This document shows positions 54,792 to 64,000 of a stretch of 64,000 nt of DNA, piece after piece. The stretch spans positions 9,158-73,157 of the forward strand of contig CAJPLU010000001.1 in NCBI GenBank assembly GCA_905371595.1, read 5' to 3'. The notes under the pieces were generated by a model. It worked only from the letters and a program-made list of their open reading frames with translations. It searched no databases and was not told the origin of the DNA. Numbering within the stretch: position 1 is the first letter of the stretch; the number at the start of each line of letters is the position of its first letter. This stretch comes from Candidatus Saccharimonadota bacterium. Lineage in GTDB: Bacteria > Patescibacteriota > Saccharimonadia > Saccharimonadales > Saccharimonadaceae. The translations under genes were made by a program, and so were the position numbers.

Positions 54792-56268
54792 ACTTAGTGA
54801 TTTTCAGCGGTGATAAATCGATCGTTTCAACCTCGCGATAGTTGCCTGGCAGACTAGCTTTCATATCGCTATAGTAGACATTATAGATATTCTTTGCGCG
54901 GGTAAATGTTTTTTTCGTGTCGACAACTTGGCGGCTATTGCCATCTAGCGGAGCATAACCGCCGCCAAGATGTTGGTCACTGCTAGCAAAGTATATCTGG
55001 CAATTCGGTAGATAATAATCTAGCTCAATCGCCACATACGGATCGGCCGCTAACACCACATCGTTTTCGCTACATTTAACTATAGAAGCAACAGAGTTGA
55101 CGTTTGGCTTTTGCATACGCTGAAAGTTATAATTGCCAACCTGGCTGAGGTTAGTTGCCCCGACCACCAGAACTACCAGCAGAACTAACGGTGAGGCTAT
55201 TCGCCAAACCTCACGATTCTCATGTTCGGTCGACAGCGCGAGACTAGCTCCCACGAGCATAACTAAGCCAATCGCAACGTGCGCCAAATAACGCTCGACA
55301 TACATCGGTTTATACAGAGAAATCACCATCAATAATATTATCGGCACGCTAATATAACTAACTAATAACCACAAAATATCGTTTTTTTTCTTAATATGAA
55401 AAGTAATGACAATCGAGCGGACAGATATAAAAATTATCGCTAGCACCAATATTGAGGCAATCACCCCCAGCTGCCAAAGCGGCTGGTATATTGTATTAAA
55501 CGAAACAATACCAATTAACTGCTCGAGATTCATTGGCTGTCCAATTGGCGCGAGCGCACCATTGCCAACCTGCTTCAAAAATGACGACAGCCACGGGAGA
55601 AACAGCAACAGGCTAAATGTATAAGCTCCTATCCAACGACACTCTTTCCACGAAAACTTACGCAACTTACCAGCATCCATCGCAACTAGCCAGGCTAGAT
55701 GAGCCAGCCACAAAAGCGCCAAGTAGTATAGCGTGTACATACCGAGCGCCACTAGCACTCCATAAATAAGCCAGTCAGTCCACCGCTTGCTAGAGTGCGC
55801 CCGTACCAACATTGCCGTCGCCGCTACGCCGATTAACGACGCCATAGCGTACATGCGAACTTCGAAACCGTAGCGCATTAATAATGGCGCCAGGAGCAAC
55901 ATCGTTAATACATAAATGGCTGCTCGCGCATTAAAATGCTTTTTAATAAAACAACCAGCTACCGCAATTGAGGCTCCATAAAAGATCACGCTTAGCGAGC
56001 GCAATGCCAGTTCGCTCCAGCCAAAAACATTCGCCCAAATTTTCAGAATGAGATAATACAGCGGCGGATGAGTATCAAGCGCCGACAGTCGAATAATCTC
56101 GCTGGCAGACCGCTTGGCTACCATTATCGAATACGTTTCATCAAACCAAACACTCTGCCGCAAGCCAATCCATAAACTAAGAGCTGCCGCTACTACTGGC
56201 ACAGCAATTATCAGCCACCTATAAACCTTGTCATAGTCATTACTATGCTTCCAAAATAATATTTTCAT
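54778..56268 (-). CDS. GT-C fold glycosyltransferase (GT39/ArnT-like)
   Basis: SVWFDE, DTHPPLYY, ALRSLS, EVRMYA; multi-TM. Confidence 0.87.
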   Translation of the reverse strand: MKILFWKHSNDYDKVYRWLIIAVPVVAAALSLWIGLRQSVWFDETYSIMVAKRSASEIIRLSALDTHPPLYYLILKIWANVFGWSELALRSLSVIFYGASIAVAGCFIKKHFNARAAIYVLTMLLLAPLLMRYGFEVRMYAMASLIGVAATAMLVRAHSSKRWTDWLIYGVLVALGMYTLYYLALLWLAHLAWLVAMDAGKLRKFSWKECRWIGAYTFSLLLFLPWLSSFLKQVGNGALAPIGQPMNLEQLIGIVSFNTIYQPLWQLGVIASILVLAIIFISVRSIVITFHIKKKNDILWLLVSYISVPIILLMVISLYKPMYVERYLAHVAIGLVMLVGASLALSTEHENREVWRIASPLVLLVVLVVGATNLSQVGNYNFQRMQKPNVNSVASIVKCSENDVVLAADPYVAIELDYYLPNCQIYFASSDQHLGGGYAPLDGNSRQVVDTKKTFTRAKNIYNVYYSDMKASLPGNYREVETIDLSPLKITKFSAE

Positions 56269-56332
56269 GCTTTGATTATATTACGACTAGGAAAAACTCG
56301 CAAAATAATATATAATAGCTTTGCACATCTAT

Positions 56333-56408
56333 CGGGGTGTGGCGCAGTTGATAGCGCGCGCGGTTTGGGACCGTGAGGTCGAAGGTTTGAGTCCTTTCAC
56401 CCCGACCA
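56333..56408 (+). tRNA. tRNA-Pro(UGG)
   Basis: CGGGGTG...CACCCCG-A-CCA; anticodon arm CGCGG-TT-TGG-GA-CCGTG. Confidence 0.93.
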
Positions 56409-56419
56409 TTTGAATTATG

Positions 56420-56444
56420 AACCTGCCGACGAGCGGCAGGTTTT
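56420..56444 (+). terminator. Intrinsic terminator after tRNA-Pro
   Basis: aacctgccg-acgag-cggcaggtt followed by T-run. Confidence 0.8.
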
Positions 56445-56493
56445 GCTATTGTCCTATTTTGCCCTCCCATACTCCTCATGCTATCATAACTAT

Positions 56494-57096
56494 ATGAAAA
56501 GCAAGCAACACTCGCGCCGCCGCATAGTCGTTAATATTTTTGGCACATTAGGGTATTTGTCAGTATTTTTGCAGTGGACATGGACGGCAATTATATTACT
56601 ATATCCGTTATTCCAATCAGAAGCTGTACAAAAGATTTTTCTGCCAGAACGCCAAGCGCCTCGCCCCGTCGTGAGCCACTCTGGATGCTATAGCGATGCC
56701 GCTCCATTCATTGCTATTGTCTCTATAGCCATTACTGCTGCAATTATTGTTATGTCAATAATCACGCTAATAGGATTGCCAAAGAAAATCGGCAAGACTG
56801 GCGCTAAAATCACGCATTCGGCAGCCAACGTGATAGCCGCCAATACCCGCCCGCCAAAACAACAACCAGCAAAAAAATGGAAATTAAACTTGTCGTACAA
56901 ACTGATAATTTGTATTAAATTAATATTGACGGTTCTGCCAGTCATTCTATTACTCTTTGCACCAACAATCCCTAAACTACCGCACCAAGTTATGACTATT
57001 GTCGGCAATTTCTGCTTAGTGGTATCAGCTGTTTATTGGCTTATCCAATATGCCTTAGCTAAAATCCTACGCGTGCCGCATAAAGAAATTTGGTAA
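56494..57096 (+). CDS. Four-TM hypothetical membrane protein
   Basis: Hydrophobic segments and NIFGTLGYLSVFLQW; start at ATG 56494. Confidence 0.75.
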   Translation: MKSKQHSRRRIVVNIFGTLGYLSVFLQWTWTAIILLYPLFQSEAVQKIFLPERQAPRPVVSHSGCYSDAAPFIAIVSIAITAAIIVMSIITLIGLPKKIGKTGAKITHSAANVIAANTRPPKQQPAKKWKLNLSYKLIICIKLILTVLPVILLLFAPTIPKLPHQVMTIVGNFCLVVSAVYWLIQYALAKILRVPHKEIW

Positions 57097-57097
57097 T

Positions 57098-57751
57098 TCA
57101 AGCCTTCGGCGGGATGATGTCTATAGTGCGCGTTTGCTTATCTAGCGGCAATTGATGACCAGCATCAAACTTATAGACGAGCAGCGTGCCAAACGGCATT
57201 TCCACTTTGCCAATCTCTTCATCAGGAATCTGGTCGAGATACTTCATCAGCGCGCGAATAGTATTACCGTGCGAAACAAGCAGGATATTTTCGCCTCTTT
57301 GCAGCCGCGGCAAGATTTCGCTCTGAAAATATGGAATTGCCCGCGCATAAACATCTTTGAGTGTCTCGCCACCTGGTACCGGATAATCCCAGCCGCGGCG
57401 AATTCCCTGAAATGCCTCACTGCCAATCTCGTCTTTGACTTCCCATTTGTTTTTGCCGGTTAAGTCGCCGTAATCGCGCTCGTTAAGCGGCTTGGCGATA
57501 ATCCGATCGAGATCCGCCTGGTCGCCCTTGCCGCGCAGAATTCTATCGCAAGTCTGCCGCGTACGTTTGAGCTCGCTAGTATAAGCGGCATCAAAGTGAA
57601 TATCGCGAATAATTTCACCAAGCTGCTCGGCTTCGCGCATGCCTTTTTCTGTCAAATTGACATCTGTCCAGCCAGTCCACTTACCTAATGAATTCCACTC
57701 GCTTTCTGCGTGGCGGCTAATAACTAAAATTCCCTGTTTTTGCACTTCCAT
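57098..57751 (-). CDS. gpmA: 2,3-bisphosphoglycerate-dependent phosphoglycerate mutase
   Basis: [45 protein letters not shown]. Confidence 0.93.
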   Translation of the reverse strand: MEVQKQGILVISRHAESEWNSLGKWTGWTDVNLTEKGMREAEQLGEIIRDIHFDAAYTSELKRTRQTCDRILRGKGDQADLDRIIAKPLNERDYGDLTGKNKWEVKDEIGSEAFQGIRRGWDYPVPGGETLKDVYARAIPYFQSEILPRLQRGENILLVSHGNTIRALMKYLDQIPDEEIGKVEMPFGTLLVYKFDAGHQLPLDKQTRTIDIIPPKA

Positions 57752-57847
57752 AAATTCATTATACCGCGAAAAACGAGTTGCCCGAAATATTTTATCCGTG
57801 ATATTTCAAACAGTCTAGTCTTCTGCATTAAATGCTATAATATAACT

Positions 57848-59128
57848 ATGAACGATTTCACAATTCAATCAATCAAAGCAAGACAAATCCTCGACAGCCG
57901 CGGCAACCCAACCGTTGAAGCAGACGTTACTTTAAGTAACGGCACGCTTGGCCGTGCTGCCGTACCGAGCGGCGCTAGCACTGGCTCGGCTGAAGCGCTT
58001 GAATTGCGCGATGGTGGCATTGACTGGTCTGGCAAAGCGGTTTACCAGGCAGTACGCAATGTTAACGAAGTCATTGCACCAGCGCTAGCTGGACATGATG
58101 CCAGCGACCAAGCTGCTATCGACCAAATAATGCTCGATTTAGACGGCACCGATAATAAATCCAAACTCGGCGCTAACGCCATTCTCAGCGTCAGCCTAGC
58201 CGCCGCTAAAGCTGCCGCCAGCGCTAAGAATCAGCCGCTGTGGCGCTACGTCGCAGAAATGACCAGCAGCACACCTGTTCTACCATTACCGATGATGAAC
58301 GTGCTCAATGGCGGCGCTCACGCAGCTTTCGCTACCGATATTCAGGAATTTATGATCATTTGTAAAGGTGCGCAGACTTTTGCAGACACACTCAAAATGG
58401 GCACCGAGATCTTTCATGCGCTAGCCAAAGTACTAAAAAATTATGATTACCCAACCACTGTCGGCGATGAAGGCGGCTACGCACCGCGCGTCCGCAACGG
58501 CAACCGCGAAGCGCTGGCCTTATTGTCCGAAGCCATTCAAAACGCCGGCTACGAACTCGGCCGCGACGTTGTCTTTGCGATGGACGCGGCGTCAAGCGAA
58601 TTCTATCAAGAAGGACGCTACGAGCTTAAATGCGAAGGCAAGTCGCTAGCAAGCAGTGAAATGGTTGATTGGCTAGAAGCCTTGACAAATGAATTTCCAA
58701 TTGTCTCAATCGAGGATGGTCTAGCCGAAAATGATTGGGATGGCTGGAAGCTGCTGCGCGAACGGCTCGGCGACCGCATCCAGCTAGTCGGCGACGATTT
58801 GCTTGTCACGAACACCTCGCTGATTGAACGGGCTATCGCTGAACAAACCGCCAACGCGCTGCTAGTTAAACCAAATCAAATTGGCTCGCTGACCGAGACT
58901 ATTCAAGCTGTTAAAATGGCGCAAAATGCTGGCTGGCGCACCGTCATGAGCCATCGCTCTGGCGAAACCGAAGACACGACAATCAGCCACTTGGCCGTTG
59001 GCCTGGGTTGCGGCCAGATTAAAACTGGATCGCTATCGCGAACCGATCGCGTCGCTAAATATAACGAATTATTGCGTATCGCCGAGGATGACCAATCATT
59101 GACGCTAGCGCAGCCATTTAGCGAATAA
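57848..59128 (+). CDS. eno: Enolase
   Basis: [42 protein letters not shown]. Start at ATG 57848. Confidence 0.98.
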   Translation: MNDFTIQSIKARQILDSRGNPTVEADVTLSNGTLGRAAVPSGASTGSAEALELRDGGIDWSGKAVYQAVRNVNEVIAPALAGHDASDQAAIDQIMLDLDGTDNKSKLGANAILSVSLAAAKAAASAKNQPLWRYVAEMTSSTPVLPLPMMNVLNGGAHAAFATDIQEFMIICKGAQTFADTLKMGTEIFHALAKVLKNYDYPTTVGDEGGYAPRVRNGNREALALLSEAIQNAGYELGRDVVFAMDAASSEFYQEGRYELKCEGKSLASSEMVDWLEALTNEFPIVSIEDGLAENDWDGWKLLRERLGDRIQLVGDDLLVTNTSLIERAIAEQTANALLVKPNQIGSLTETIQAVKMAQNAGWRTVMSHRSGETEDTTISHLAVGLGCGQIKTGSLSRTDRVAKYNELLRIAEDDQSLTLAQPFSE

Positions 59129-59159
59129 ATAAAACTGTAGGTTTTACTTCTAACAAAGC

Positions 59160-59194
59160 GAAAAACACCTTTTCTTTGTCAAGAGGTGTTTTTC
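59160..59194 (+). terminator. Intrinsic terminator after eno
   Basis: gaaaaacacct ... aggtgtttttc inverted repeat. Confidence 0.7.
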
Positions 59195-59247
59195 ATATCA
59201 AACTAATTATGTTATACTACTAACGAATAATCGTTTTAGGAGGTTAG

Positions 59248-59838
59248 TTGCTCTCGATCAAACAAAAAAAGCACCGCCGTCCATATGCTATTTTTGCAGT
59301 GGCGATATGCCTGATTAGCACTGGCGTGTATTTTATGATGCTGACCTTATCGCCGTCGGTAGCGCCTCTGATTTTCACCAAGCCGATTGATGCTAAATCG
59401 CTGCCAAAAGCCAAAATCGGCGAGAACCGTATTGTTATACCGCGCATCGGCGTCAATATTCACTACGACAAAGGCCGCACCGCACTCGATCGCGGTGCCG
59501 AATGGCGACAGCCAAACCATGGCAACCCCAAAGATGGCGGTAATTTCATTATTGCTGCCCACCGCTTCAGTATCCAGCCAACACCGCAGGGTACTGTTGA
59601 GAAATCGCCTTTTTATAACATTGATAAGATGAAACTAGGCGATAACATTGTAGTCGATTACGAAGGTGCTCGCTATGCGTACGAAATCACCAAAATATTC
59701 GACGTCAAGCCAAACCAAACTGAAATCGAAGCTCCATCCCAAGAGGCAAAACTGACTCTATACAGCTGCGAACTTGGCGGCTCTGATGCTGGCCGCATCG
59801 TTATCACAGGCAAACTACTCGGTCAAGTCGAACAATAA
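59248..59838 (+). CDS. Sortase
   Basis: N-terminal TM, IPRIGVN, His in IAAHR, TLYSC catalytic motif, Arg in GRIVI. Start uncertain. Confidence 0.9.
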   Translation: MLSIKQKKHRRPYAIFAVAICLISTGVYFMMLTLSPSVAPLIFTKPIDAKSLPKAKIGENRIVIPRIGVNIHYDKGRTALDRGAEWRQPNHGNPKDGGNFIIAAHRFSIQPTPQGTVEKSPFYNIDKMKLGDNIVVDYEGARYAYEITKIFDVKPNQTEIEAPSQEAKLTLYSCELGGSDAGRIVITGKLLGQVEQ

Positions 59839-59873
59839 AATACTCTACCAGTTGTCATACAGTAGAGTATTTT
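59837..59873. terminator. Bidirectional terminator between sortase and rny
   Basis: aaaatactctac ... gtagagtatttt 12-bp inverted repeat. Confidence 0.75.
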
Positions 59874-59905
59874 GATTTATAAATTGCAGGCAGATAAAAA
59901 GGTAG

Positions 59906-61396
59906 TTATTTGGCGAACTCAACCGCGCGCGTTTCACGGATAACATTTACCTTGATAGTTCCAGGATACTGCATAGTTGACTCAATCTTAGTTGCGATGT
60001 CGCGTGCTAGCTTGATAGCGCTAAGATCGTCGATTTTCTCTGGCGTGACAATCACGCGAATCTCGCGGCCGGCGCTTATGGCGTATGCTTTCTCGATTCC
60101 TTGGAAACCAGTCGCAACATTTTCGAGATCACGCATGCGCTCAGCGAAATTCTCAGCAGAGATATTACGCGCACCCGGCCGAGCGGCACTGATTGCATCG
60201 CAAATACGGACAACTATTGCTTCTGGTGTAGTTGCCTCAATGTCATCGTGATGAGCCTCAATCGCATGACAGATACCCTCGCTCAGGCCAGCTTTGCGGG
60301 CCAGCTCGGCACCAATATGGTGATGTTTGCCTTCAATTTTGTGGGTAACTGCCTTGCCCATATCATGCAGCAACGTCGCTATTTTGGAGGTGCGGACATC
60401 AGCGCCAATCTCGCTAGCAATCATACCAGCCATATGCGCCATCTCGGTAGAATGCTTAAGAACATTTTGACCATAGCTAGTTCGGAACTTCAGCTCACCA
60501 AGTAACTTTAACAAATCGCGCGGGATACCGGTAACGCCAACTTCGCGCGCCGCATCTTCGCCAGCACGCTGGGTTTCCTTATCGATTTGCTTTTCAGCTT
60601 TCGCAAAGACTTCTTCAATACGCCCTGGGTGAATACGACCGTCTTTCATCAACATCTCGAGACCGAGACGCGCTACCTGGCGGCGAATTGGGTCAAAGCT
60701 CGATAGGACTACCATGCCTGGCGTGTCATCAACCAAAAAGTCCACGCCAGTAACGCGCTGCATCGCTTGAATATTACGGCCTTCTTTGCCGATAATTCGA
60801 CCTTTCATGTCGTCGTCTGGCAGTTTAACTGCAGTGACCGTGCGCTCAGCAGTTACCTCGCTAGCCATGCGTTCCATCGTTTCGACGAGGATAGTTTGCG
60901 CCCGCTCCTCGGCGTCAGCTTCAACGTCTTGCTGCATTTTGGCAACCAGATTTAGTAGATCACCCTTGATGTCGCGTTCAGTCATCTTCATCAACTTATC
61001 AGCGGCATCTTTCTTCTTGAGGCCAGCAATTTTCTCAAGCTTTTCCTGCTGACGCGTACGAATGTCACGGATCTCATTCTTCAATTCTTCAACTTCGTCT
61101 TCTTGCTTGCGTAATTTTTCGCTGCGTTTATCAAGCTGATCAAGCTTCTTATCAAGCGATTCCTCGCGGTCCGCCAGACGATTCTCGGTTTTTTGAAGCT
61201 CTTTGCGGCGCTCTTTCTCGATTCGCAGCGCTTCATCTTTAGCTTTAAGTACGATATCGCTAGCTTTGCGCTCAGCTTGCGCTATGACCTGTTCAGCCGT
61301 ATTTTTGCTCTTGGTCTCTTGTTGGCGATCATATACCACTTTACCGCCCACGCCAGCAATAATACCAACAATCGCGGCAATAATTCCCTCAACCAT
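59906..61396 (-). CDS. rny: Ribonuclease Y
   Basis: N-terminal TM, coiled coil, KH (KGRIIGKEGRNI), HD (LLHDMGK), ISAARPGAR, VIRETRA. Confidence 0.97.
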   Translation of the reverse strand: MVEGIIAAIVGIIAGVGGKVVYDRQQETKSKNTAEQVIAQAERKASDIVLKAKDEALRIEKERRKELQKTENRLADREESLDKKLDQLDKRSEKLRKQEDEVEELKNEIRDIRTRQQEKLEKIAGLKKKDAADKLMKMTERDIKGDLLNLVAKMQQDVEADAEERAQTILVETMERMASEVTAERTVTAVKLPDDDMKGRIIGKEGRNIQAMQRVTGVDFLVDDTPGMVVLSSFDPIRRQVARLGLEMLMKDGRIHPGRIEEVFAKAEKQIDKETQRAGEDAAREVGVTGIPRDLLKLLGELKFRTSYGQNVLKHSTEMAHMAGMIASEIGADVRTSKIATLLHDMGKAVTHKIEGKHHHIGAELARKAGLSEGICHAIEAHHDDIEATTPEAIVVRICDAISAARPGARNISAENFAERMRDLENVATGFQGIEKAYAISAGREIRVIVTPEKIDDLSAIKLARDIATKIESTMQYPGTIKVNVIRETRAVEFAK

Positions 61397-61527
61397 ATTT
61401 TTCCTTTCTTTCGCGGTAATTAGTCAACACGTCAAGTCAAAAAACCGCAAAATTATCAAAATTTAAACTTATCAATGTCACATTCGTAGACATTACCATT
61501 GTACCGCGTTTATAACAAAATAAGCAA

Positions 61528-61914
61528 CTATTTACGCGGTTTGGTGATACGAGCCTCAGCACCATATTCAGGCAGAACTATTTCATCATTGCGGCCATTC
61601 TGCAGCCGAGCCAAGCATTCTTCACGCCAAACATCGCCGGTAACTCCGACGATCGGAATACGTTGTTCGTGCGCTATCGTATTCAACACTGCCAGACCAA
61701 TCCTCAAACCAGTGAAACTCCCTGGACCGCGAAATACGCCAATGCCCGAAATATCAACAAAACTAGCTCCATTCTCTGCTAAGCGGTCGCGCAAATAAGC
61801 TAGCATGTCGCGTGCGAGATTGCGTTCAGCCGCCCATTCGTAGTCGGTTCGTTTGTCACCGTCAATTAGCGTTAATTGCACCGTCATTTCAGCGCTATTC
61901 CACAATACAATCAT
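61528..61914 (-). CDS. tsaB: t6A biosynthesis protein TsaB, short form
   Basis: GPGSFTGLRIG motif; overlaps tsaE. Confidence 0.9.
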   Translation of the reverse strand: MIVLWNSAEMTVQLTLIDGDKRTDYEWAAERNLARDMLAYLRDRLAENGASFVDISGIGVFRGPGSFTGLRIGLAVLNTIAHEQRIPIVGVTGDVWREECLARLQNGRNDEIVLPEYGAEARITKPRK

Positions 61915-62372
61915 CGTAATTTCTCCACAATTCGACGCGATTTTTCACCGCTGCTCTTCAAAATTAGCTTGCGACTATCATCAGGCTGCACCTGGATGAC
62001 GATCTGCAATACGTCCGTTGGCAGTACGTTATTTACTACATCGCTCCACTCAATCACAGTAATTGTATGTGAATCATGAATCGCTTCATCAAGTTCCATT
62101 TTCATAATACCAGCATCTGGTAAGCGGTAAAAATCATAATGAGCCAACCGCAAGCCGTCCGCAGCCTCATAATTGCGGCTAATCGTAAACGTCGGACTCT
62201 GAACCTCGTCGTCAATTTGCAAGCCGCGCGCCAATCCCTTAGTCAGTGTAGTTTTGCCAGCGCCAATATCGCCGACAAGTTCGAGCGTCTCGCCGCCATG
62301 CAATAAGCCGCCAAGCTTCGCGCCAAACTGTACCAAATCATCCGCCGTCTGCAAGCTCACCTCTAATATCAT
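61911..62372 (-). CDS. tsaE: t6A biosynthesis ATPase TsaE
   Basis: GDIGAGKTT, VQSPTF, HYDFYRL, IEW. Confidence 0.95.
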   Translation of the reverse strand: MILEVSLQTADDLVQFGAKLGGLLHGGETLELVGDIGAGKTTLTKGLARGLQIDDEVQSPTFTISRNYEAADGLRLAHYDFYRLPDAGIMKMELDEAIHDSHTITVIEWSDVVNNVLPTDVLQIVIQVQPDDSRKLILKSSGEKSRRIVEKLR

Positions 62373-62378
62373 ATGTTT

Positions 62379-62398
62379 ATTATACAATATTATACAAT
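62379..62398. repeat. 10-bp tandem duplication in the tsaE/ogt divergent promoter region
   Basis: attatacaat x2, which duplicates the minus-strand TATAAT box. Confidence 0.6.
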
Positions 62399-62433
62399 AT
62401 TAGACAGAGTTACTGTGTTAAAATACGTTTATT

Positions 62434-62931
62434 ATGAGTAATTTCTTTTGTAAATATCAATCACCGCTGGACGAAATTACCATAGCAAGCAACGGCAGCG
62501 CTATCACTGGACTGTGGTTCGCTAAGCAAAAACATTTTGACGCTAAGCTAGGCGAGAATACCGCAAATTCTGATTTACCGATTTTCACTAAGGCAATACG
62601 CTGGCTTGATATGTATTTCGCTGGCAAAAATCCTGGAGAAATCCCGCCAATACAGCTTGATGGAACGCCTTTTCAGTTGGAAGTCTGGCGTATCTTGCAA
62701 ACCATACCGTACGGCGAGCGCACTACCTACGGAGAAATTGCTAAAAATATCGCCAAGAAACGCGGTATCGCCAAAATGTCAGCACGAGCCGTCGGCGGAG
62801 CAGTCGGGCGCAATCCAATTTCAATTTTCGTACCGTGCCATCGGGTTGTCGGCAGTAATGGTAAACTGACGGGGTATGCTAGCGGAATCGAAAAGAAAAT
62901 TAAATTGTTGAAGCTAGAAAATATACTTTAA
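62434..62931 (+). CDS. ogt: Methylated-DNA--protein-cysteine methyltransferase
   Basis: GTPFQLEVW, IPYGE, ARAVGGAVGRNP, active site PCHRV. Confidence 0.96.
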   Translation: MSNFFCKYQSPLDEITIASNGSAITGLWFAKQKHFDAKLGENTANSDLPIFTKAIRWLDMYFAGKNPGEIPPIQLDGTPFQLEVWRILQTIPYGERTTYGEIAKNIAKKRGIAKMSARAVGGAVGRNPISIFVPCHRVVGSNGKLTGYASGIEKKIKLLKLENIL

Positions 62932-63036
62932 TCTAAAAGAAAGACGCTATCTTTTCGGACTTTATACTTCCTCATCAAACCTGACCAACAACGTCTCTGT
63001 GTATAGATTATATTACCTCACTGTCAGAGTCGGGCC

Positions 63037-64000
63037 CTATTTCTTTGCAACTTTTTTCTGCTTATTCCTCTGCCCCCTGGCCACCACAACTACCACTGCC
63101 GTGATAATCGATAGTCCGGCCAGAATAGCCAGCGCATAAGCATAACCTGACAGCAAGTAAATTAAAGCCAACGTCACGCCGACAGCGCCCCAGATAGTAA
63201 TCAGCCGCCTGCCGAGCGCCAAGCCGATGATAACCATCAGCGAATGCTCGACTAGGAACAATATTTCCATAGCATTATCTCCCCTTAGCGCCAGGACAAG
63301 GGTAGATAAACTAAACACAGCGAGCGCCAGCACCAAATGAGCAATAGTAGACATCTGATTATACCCTAGCCAGCGCCACGACATCACCGCCCCTGAAAGA
63401 ATTGCTGCTGAACACAGGTATGGCACCACTATGTCGTGAACAGGCGTAATTAGCATATGGATAGCAAATAAAATACCGCACAGTACCAAAAGGATGCCCG
63501 AATCGAAATACGGAATATTCTTCTTCGGCAACCCCTCAGCTATTAGGGCACTGCCGTTGACTATCCACGTCAAGGTTGCCAGTAATACCGCCTCCGCCGC
63601 AACACTGGCCGGCATAGCCATCAGCAGTAAAGTCATCGACCAGCCGATAGCGCTCCAAAATGACGCATAATACCAATAAACTGATAATTTCTTGGCTCGC
63701 GCAGTCACGGCGGCACCATAAAACACCGCAAAGATAATTAGTGAAACGATCGACATAGACTCAAGCTTAACGCCGAGCCATTGTGCAGTTAAGTAGAATA
63801 ACAATACCAAACTTGGATGCGCCAATATCGCCATCGGCCGCCAATCCCGCTTAGCATACACTACCATATAAAGTGCCGCGACAGCCGCTAACCAGCCCAA
63901 GATTTTGAACGGCAATTCGTATGTCGTCGACAGATTTATCATCGGTAATATCACCGCTGGTACCGCAGCAGCCAATAGAGTCATATCGCTAGTGATTGAC
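63037..64000 (-). CDS. Multi-pass membrane protein, 3' part (5' end outside the window)
   Basis: Frame is open to the window edge; about 10 TM segments. Confidence 0.8.
   Translation of the reverse strand, partial: SITSDMTLLAAAVPAVILPMINLSTTYELPFKILGWLAAVAALYMVVYAKRDWRPMAILAHPSLVLLFYLTAQWLGVKLESMSIVSLIIFAVFYGAAVTARAKKLSVYWYYASFWSAIGWSMTLLLMAMPASVAAEAVLLATLTWIVNGSALIAEGLPKKNIPYFDSGILLVLCGILFAIHMLITPVHDIVVPYLCSAAILSGAVMSWRWLGYNQMSTIAHLVLALAVFSLSTLVLALRGDNAMEILFLVEHSLMVIIGLALGRRLITIWGAVGVTLALIYLLSGYAYALAILAGLSIITAVVVVVARGQRNKQKKVAKK

Noticed and set aside
845..62869. Numerous 60-190 aa antisense or nested ORFs in the track
   Set aside because: They are shadows of well-supported genes and have no independent motifs.
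1..64000. Recoded TGA (genetic code 25) as in Gracilibacteria/Absconditabacteria
   Set aside because: Conserved genes are full length under code 11, and several end in TGA with ATGA overlaps.

Overview
Gene-dense chromosomal segment of a small-genome bacterium using the standard code (TGA = stop). The gene content fits Saccharibacteria (TM7, Patescibacteria/CPR); this assignment is inferred from gene content, not from a marker gene. Housekeeping genes: ruvX (partial), an FtsA-like actin, a shortened alaS, mnmA, a cysteine desulfurase, tatD, metG, rsmA, pcrA, tpiA, pyk, folD, an HTH-murA fusion, glyA, murB, murT-gatD, gpmA, eno, rny, tsaB/tsaE and ogt. There are eight tRNA genes. Surface genes: two LAETG-anchored DUF285 paralogs and a sortase, two G5/DUF348 muralytic proteins, a type IV pilin cluster with an RCC1-repeat tip candidate, a GH135/spherulin-4 ectoenzyme and a membrane-anchored Clp ATPase. 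An AT-rich islet lies at the 3' end of tRNA-Glu. The most unusual observation is a pair of related ~80-bp inserts at the D-loop of two different tRNA genes (Arg-UCU and His). Each duplicates the first ~20 nt of its tRNA at a 99-100 bp period. The two share a scaffold, and each carries an inverted 13-14 nt segment matching its own tRNA D-arm across the junction, which suggests a target-programmed mini-element or a pre-tRNA folding switch. Many genes appear to be leaderless. No CRISPR array, rRNA, transposase or integrase gene was seen.
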